A stretch of 14,900 nucleotides of DNA from Octopus sinensis (Eukaryota). The translations under genes and the position numbers were made by a program. Where the stretch lies: positions 1 to 14,900 of the forward strand of contig NW_021825746.1 in assembly GCF_006345805.1 (NCBI RefSeq), written 5' to 3'. The stretch's first letter is position 1. The number at the start of each line of letters is the position of its first letter. Under the pieces are notes generated by a model, which saw only the letters and a list, made by a program, of their open reading frames with translations, did no database searches and was not told the DNA's origin. Shown here one piece after another: positions 9,678 to 14,900 of this stretch.

Positions 9678-9731
9678 ATATTATATATATACATATAAAT
9701 AGATATATAGCTGTGTTTGTGTGTGTATATA

Positions 9732-9783
<52 letters not shown>

Positions 9784-9830
9784 AATACATATCCTATATA
9801 TCATATATGAAATACGTATATAATTGCCTA
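9179..9830. repeat. Extended (TA)n-dominated compound microsatellite
   Basis: Directly visible; explains ORFs 9490..9804. Confidence 0.9.
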
Positions 9831-10257
9831 CATTACTTTCATTTTATTGCGTAATATTATATTATATAAATTACTGCAACACACTTTTATTATATTAAGA
9901 TATATCTTCTATTCCTACCACTTAAGTTTCTGCGAATTATTATTCGTGGTTTGTAAACAACTTAAAAGTTCTTGCAGATGCAAAGAAGTCTTTCATGGAA
10001 GCACTACCATATCTAGATCACTAAGACTGTAACAGAATATCGATTTCTGATTAGTTCTAACGTTCGCTTTATTTAGGATTACTAAAAAGAAAGATGACGC
10101 AATCTGGCGAATTTGTTGGTGGCTCGGTGGGTAAGGAACTCGTCAATTGCTTAGTTTTTAATACTTATGTATTTCTGTTTCGAATCTGGCTTGATCTATT
10201 GGACAAGCAAAGTTTATATTTATATGTATATATTTAAATAATGAGGGAGATAAATTA

Positions 10258-10494
10258 ATATTAATTTAAAACCAGTAGCCTAGCATACAAAAATCTGAAA
10301 AGTCAGAGAAAATTCTAATACATGTGTATATTCAAAGCGCAAGACCGCTAGGTAGTCGGCCGTATGCTAGAAATAGATCACCAACGATCAAACTACAAAG
10401 AATGTTCTCTAGAGGAAAATTCAGCGAACACCAGAACAATTAGGAGGGCAAGACAGATGAAAATTATATTAAAAAAATGCATGTATATGTATGC

Positions 10495-10538
<44 letters not shown>

Positions 10539-10882
10539 CATACATACCAGAGGGATGACCACTTAGTGGACATCCATATGCTAGAACTAGATCCGCTATG
10601 GTCTTACCACTAAGAAAGGAATGTTCTCAAGAAAATTTAGCAAACATCAGAACGTAAGCGAGCAAAACAAATAAAAAGATACAAAATATACTCGCTTACG
10701 TTCTGGCGTTTGCTAAATTTTCTTGAGAACATTCCTTTCTTAGTGGTAAGACCATGAGAGGGGGTCGACTTCTAGCATGATGGATGCCCACTTAGTGGTC
10801 ATCCCCCTTATATGTATCTAATATAACGTTTCTGAATCTTCAGATTTGTCTATATGCTAGACCACTGGTTTTAAATTGATAT
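10258..10882. mobile_element. Fold-back/MITE-like structure made of three copies (+,+,-) of a ~185-bp unit
   Basis: Outer inverted ends ATATTAATTTAAAACCAGTAGCCTAGCATA (10258) and the rc of 10882, ATATCAATTTAAAACCAGTGGTCTAGCATA. Inner arms 10598-10662 and 10691-10755 are complementary at 63/65; arms 10552-10586 and 10770-10805 are complementary except for 2 mismatches and 1 indel. 10258-10446 is a more diverged copy of the same unit. The inverted repeats are certain; the MITE class is inferred. Confidence 0.7.
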
Positions 10883-10991
10883 CATTGAAAGCAATGATGG
10901 CATTAATTCGCAAATAATGGATTTATATCCATCAACGCGGTGTTGAGAACTCAGTTTTCTCGTTCGACATTTGCATATATATATATATACA

Positions 10992-11069
10992 TACATTGAT
11001 GGGATTAAAAAGCCTGTAAGTAGATGGAAGGAAGTCATAGATAATCAGGGAAAGTATATTGATGATTAA
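10992..11069 (+). pseudogene. Mariner transposase extreme C-terminal fragment (not in ORF track)
   Basis: Translates YIDGIKKPVSRWKEVIDNQGKYIDD*, the conserved mariner end GI.KL..RW..VI...G.Y..D, comparable with EEGIFKLKERWRRIVQQNGSYLDD* of the 8140 element. An AT-rich 3' UTR with a degenerate end follows to ~11140. Confidence 0.78.
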
Positions 11070-11256
11070 ATTTCAGTTAAATATAACATTTGATCCCTTG
11101 TTTTCTTTATTTAAAATTCGGATGCAAATTTTTTAACATATATTTTCAATGTCCCCGTTCTCTTGCACTTAAAAAAACCGAGTTGCTCCACTAATTAACA
11201 ATACACACCTTGTGTATGTCTGTGGATTTGTTTTATATACCTCGAGTTACTTCTAA

Positions 11257-11259
<3 letters not shown>

Positions 11260-11307
<48 letters not shown>

Positions 11308-11377
11308 ACACACACAAACACATATATATATATATATATATATGTATCCACGCATCTACCTATATATCTATCCATGT

Positions 11378-11413
<36 letters not shown>

Positions 11414-11420
11414 CTGTGTG
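11260..11420. repeat. (TA)n/(CA)n/(TG)n compound microsatellite
   Basis: Directly visible. Confidence 0.92.
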
Positions 11421-11552
11421 TAAACTCGGTTTATTGAAGAAAAATGTTGAGTGTGGCTTCGAAGTTTGCCATGTGATCTAATTTGTCAGACAGATTTGAT
11501 TACCTGAAGAAGACAACCATTGGCAGAACATCGAAAAGTCAAGAGTGATTTT

Positions 11553-11593
11553 CTCTCTCTCTCTCCCTTCGCTGTCTTTGCTCTCTCTCTCTG

Positions 11594-11637
<44 letters not shown>

Positions 11638-11640
11638 ACA
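11553..11640. repeat. (CT)n + (CA)n compound microsatellite
   Basis: Directly visible. Confidence 0.92.
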
Positions 11641-12627
11641 CACTGTAGAAATGATGTTAACAGGCTGTAAAGTGTTAACGACAGTAAAATAAAAGAAACA
11701 TCGTTTTCTTTCAGTCCATTGTATTATAAATATTTAAACTCAAGGGGAGATACACGAAATGACATCACAATAGGAAACTTCTAAATACAATAGTTATTGA
11801 ACATTGCACTATGCCAACTCTGCAGACCTGTTGCCTTGGGTCATACTTCCCTTCATATCTTTCAATACAAATATAATCATATTGAACCATAAACGACTCA
11901 GTTTTCACAGACCACAGCGAAAGCGTGAGTAAGAAGTTATAGACAAGAGCTTAAAACAAATTTCATTCTATTAAAATTCGATCTTTTCTCACTTCGTATG
12001 TTTATGCCTTTACTGAAAGAAAAGCAGCGAAATATTTTTTGATGATAGAGAACAGTCAATATATTCAGCAAGTAAACTTACATAAGATTTTGCTTAAATC
12101 TCCGATATTGTATCGATCCAATACACTTTAAAAAAAAAACTAAATTATATAATGGGGTGTCTGAATCTGCAAGTTAGAGAGTATTCCTTTTTATTTTTCT
12201 CTAAAATATTTCAAAATTCGGAGTCTTCGTATTTCGGTATTGCAGCATTCGGTCTTCTAACTATTCGATTTTCTGATTCTCGAATTATTGAAGGTCAAAA
12301 GCTGCGAGAAAAAAAAAAGATGAACAAAGAAAGAGTTCCAGTGTGCCTGCGCTGTACGAATGAAGGATTGGAAATAGTGATTACTGCGTTGCCGACTCAG
12401 TAGTTTGGACATGAAATGCGGCGGGAAGGGAGAAAAGGAGTAAAGAGTGGGCCAAGAATGCTTGAATGCAAACGGCACGAACTCACCTAGCTTCGATGAG
12501 TAGGGCACATTATAGGAGAAATAGAATAATCAAAGACAGGTGATAGTACTCCAATGGGTTAAAGGTTGATGTACGAACAGTTACGCCGGCTTCTTCTGGA
12601 TACTGTCTTAGTTGTCAGCAGCAACAT

Positions 12628-12637
12628 CCCGTTTATG

Positions 12638-12693
<56 letters not shown>

Positions 12694-12710
12694 TGGTGTG
12701 TGTGTGTATA
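12628..12710. repeat. (TA)n + (TG)n microsatellite
   Basis: Directly visible. Confidence 0.92.
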
Positions 12711-12898
12711 TGATTGGTCGAAATGGGGAGTAGATAGATAGCCGACAACTGATGACGGGTCATTCTTTGTATTACTTGTCCTTTTTTCTCTTGTTATGTT
12801 CGTATTTAACTCATTTGTTCTCGTATTGTGCATTGATTACGCCATGTACCCATATATATATTTTCTAGAGACCGGTATGCTATATAAACTCTGTAGAC

Positions 12899-13371
12899 CG
12901 AGGTATGATCAATAAGTATCCGGACTGCTGCCATAGTAACGATGCTAAACCCCGGAGAGTAAAGCCACTTTGCACAGATTGGCCTTGAACTCTGTTGTGA
13001 TGTGCACTAAGTTTTAACGTTCTGGCTTACTTTCGTTGTTTACAGCGGTGCTGGAAAGGAAGGTGTGTAGCGTGTGCTAGTCACATTGACCATGACGGAG
13101 AAAGTTGTCATGGCGATACCCGTTCAGACGCCTAGACAAAGTTGCAGAAAGTGTATGGAGAGGAGTATATGACCCGCCGACATGTGTAGTGTGACTCACA
13201 CGTTTGAAAGATGGCCGAAAAATTGCTGATATTGACGAAGGTTCTGGAAGACTCGCAACCAGCAGAAATGAGGAAAACATCGCAGATGTGCATGCAGTTG
13301 TGAGGGGAAATCGTTGAATCCCCATCCGTGTGTTATCAGAAGGTGTGCAGATTAGTTACGGTTCAGTTCAG
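12899..13371 (+). mobile_element. Mariner relic (CGAGG-type TIR): 5' TIR, 5' UTR and decayed N-terminal HTH region, 3'-truncated
   Basis: TIR-like CGAGGTATGATCAATAAGTATCCGGACT at 12899; the preceding dinucleotide is AC rather than TA. ATG at 13092 (MTEKV), then across frameshifts and stops GDT..KLQKVYGEEYMTRRHV / RLKDGRK..DE.SGR.ATSRNEENIADVHAVVRGNR*IPIRVLSEGVQISYGSVQ, the classic mariner double-HTH region. Confidence 0.85.
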
Positions 13372-13459
13372 TTCACAACCATATGTGCGCGACATGGTGA
13401 TCTCATATCAAGATAAACAGCGCATGACCTTGCAAGTGGGGCCCAGTTAGAATTTTCTG

Positions 13460-13476
13460 TTATTATTATTATTATT

Positions 13477-13509
<33 letters not shown>

Positions 13510-13523
13510 ATTATTATTATTAA

Positions 13524-13564
<41 letters not shown>

Positions 13565-13574
13565 TTATTATTAT
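13460..13574. repeat. (TTA)n/(TTG)n trinucleotide microsatellite (3' tail/target side of the LINE)
   Basis: Directly visible. Confidence 0.95.
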
Positions 13575-13990
13575 ATTGTATGTTTGACTTTTGCTTTATG
13601 TCTGTACAAGTTGGCTCCAGTCTCACCCAGAGACCTCAGAGACAACAGGTTGGAAGTTCTGTGCCATATATTTGGGGTTTTTTTTGGTGTTGTACTAGTG
13701 ACTGTCTAATACATTAAAAAAAAAAAAAATAAATAAATAAAATAAAAAATAAAAATAAAAATAAATAATAAAAAAGTTTGTTTTAAACCTTGGGATTACA
13801 TAGAGAGTATTTTGCATAGGATATGAGCAGTTCCCATGAGCACTATCTTTTGAATTTCTGCCATTTTGGGGTTTCCTGGTATCTGAGTTAGGTAGCAATC
13901 AACCCCTTTCGCTATCATTCCCAGGGCACCTATGACAATAGGTATTGTTTTAGTCTTCAGCTTCCACATTTTGCTGATTTCTATTTCAAA
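13575..13990 (-). mobile_element. 5'-truncated non-LTR retrotransposon 3' end, R4/Dong-like (C-terminal restriction-like endonuclease region + 3' UTR)
   Basis: 13990-13796 encodes FEIEISKMWKLKTKTIPIVIGALGMIAKG..IQKIVLMGTAHILCKILSM*, matching the LxxEixxxW....IP.VIGALG...QK..L.GT..IL motif that ends RLE-type LINE ORFs (R4/Dong). A ~220-nt 3' UTR follows and runs into (TAA)n; the poly-Ile at the ORF start is microsatellite. Confidence 0.85.
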
Positions 13991-14095
13991 TATTATTATT
14001 ATTATAATTATTATTATTATCAATCATCATCATCATCATCATCATCATCTCATCATCATCATCATCATCATCATCACATCATCATCAATCATTTT

Positions 14096-14170
<75 letters not shown>
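13991..14170. repeat. (TTA)n-(TCA)n-(TTA)n compound trinucleotide microsatellite
   Basis: Directly visible; explains ORF 13932..14222. Confidence 0.95.
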
Positions 14171-14171
<1 letters not shown>

Positions 14172-14289
14172 TCCAACATCATGCTATGTAGTCACCACAC
14201 GACAATGAGTTCAGTGCTGTGAGTAACAGCAGCAGTTCGAAGTCAATGTATGTGTGTCTTTGCTGCATTTAGTTCAATACTTACGTAAT

Positions 14290-14790
14290 TGCGTCGTTGT
14301 AGTCGAAGACGTTGTTGTTGGTGGTGCTGTCGGCGTCAGTGACGTTCTTGTTGGTGGTGGGGGTAGTGGTGTTGTTGGCTTTGGTGTTGGTGCTGATATT
14401 TATGTTTTTGCTGTCGTTCTTGGTGGTTGTGTTAGTAGCGTTAATGGTAGTATTCATGCTGCTCTTGGTATCGTTGCTGTTGGTGGTTGTTATTGTTGTT
14501 CAAATTCCGCCGAGGTCGACTTTGCCTTTCATCCTTTCGGGGTCTTTAAATTAAGTACCACTTACGCACTGGGGTCGATGTAATCGACTTAATCCGTTTG
14601 TCTGTCCTTGTTTGTCCTCTCTGTGTTTAACCCCTTGTGGGTAGTAAAGAAATAGGTTGTTATTGTTGTTGACACCGGTGGTACGGTGGTCTTGTTGTTA
14701 ATGTTTGTGATCCTAGTTTTGTTGTTGTTGTTGTTGTTGGTAGTGCTAGTGTTGTTCTTGGTAGTGGTGGTTTTATTAGAAATGCTGGTA
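14290..14790. repeat. Degenerate GTT/GGT/GCT trinucleotide low-complexity tract (interrupted by SINE A4)
   Basis: Strong period-3 G/T bias; explains the V/L/G-rich + strand ORFs. Confidence 0.8.
14498..14654 (+). mobile_element. SINE family A, copy A4 (5'-truncated at the B-box)
   Basis: Starts (GTT)CAAATTCCGCCGAGGTCGAC and ends GTAGTAAAGAAATA. Perfect 16-bp TSD GGTTGTTATTGTTGTT at 14485-14500 and 14655-14670; its last GTT is shared with the SINE. Confidence 0.95.
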
Positions 14791-14900
14791 TTAATTCGCC
14801 ACCGATCAAATCTGGTAGAGAATACCACTGATAGTACCATTCGTGATAATCCTCTCTTTTATCGCATTATTTTGCATTACTTTACATAGAATGAGATTTT

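Noticed and set aside
12705-12840. GTAGATAGATAGCCGACAACTGATGACGGG.. possibly a retroelement 3' remnant
   Set aside because: No second copy, TSD or coding evidence in the window.
13478-14222. Poly-Leu/Ile/His ORFs (13478..13717, 13932..14222) and all YIYI/HTHT/CVCV ORFs elsewhere
   Set aside because: They are translations of di- and trinucleotide microsatellites.

Overview
AT-rich eukaryotic non-coding DNA, either intergenic or inside a large intron. It is dense in microsatellites ((TA)n, (CA/TG)n, (TTA)n, (TTG)n, (TCA)n) and transposon relics, and I recognise no intact host protein-coding gene. The repeats resemble octopus (coleoid cephalopod) SINEs as I recall them; this is inference, not a database result. 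Content: ten tRNA-derived SINE copies in three families (A: 4 young copies with target-site duplications; B: 5 copies or fragments with an internal microsatellite; C: 1 copy), three distinct mariner relics, a 5'-truncated R4/Dong-like LINE end embedded in (TAA)n, and a ~625-bp inverted-repeat structure containing a 65-bp near-perfect stem. A unique stretch carries a consensus CTCF-like motif, and two weak + strand exon candidates are present. Most ORFs in the track are microsatellite or repeat read-throughs; only 8140..8394 (mariner C-terminus) and 13796..14023 (LINE C-terminus) have recognisable homology.
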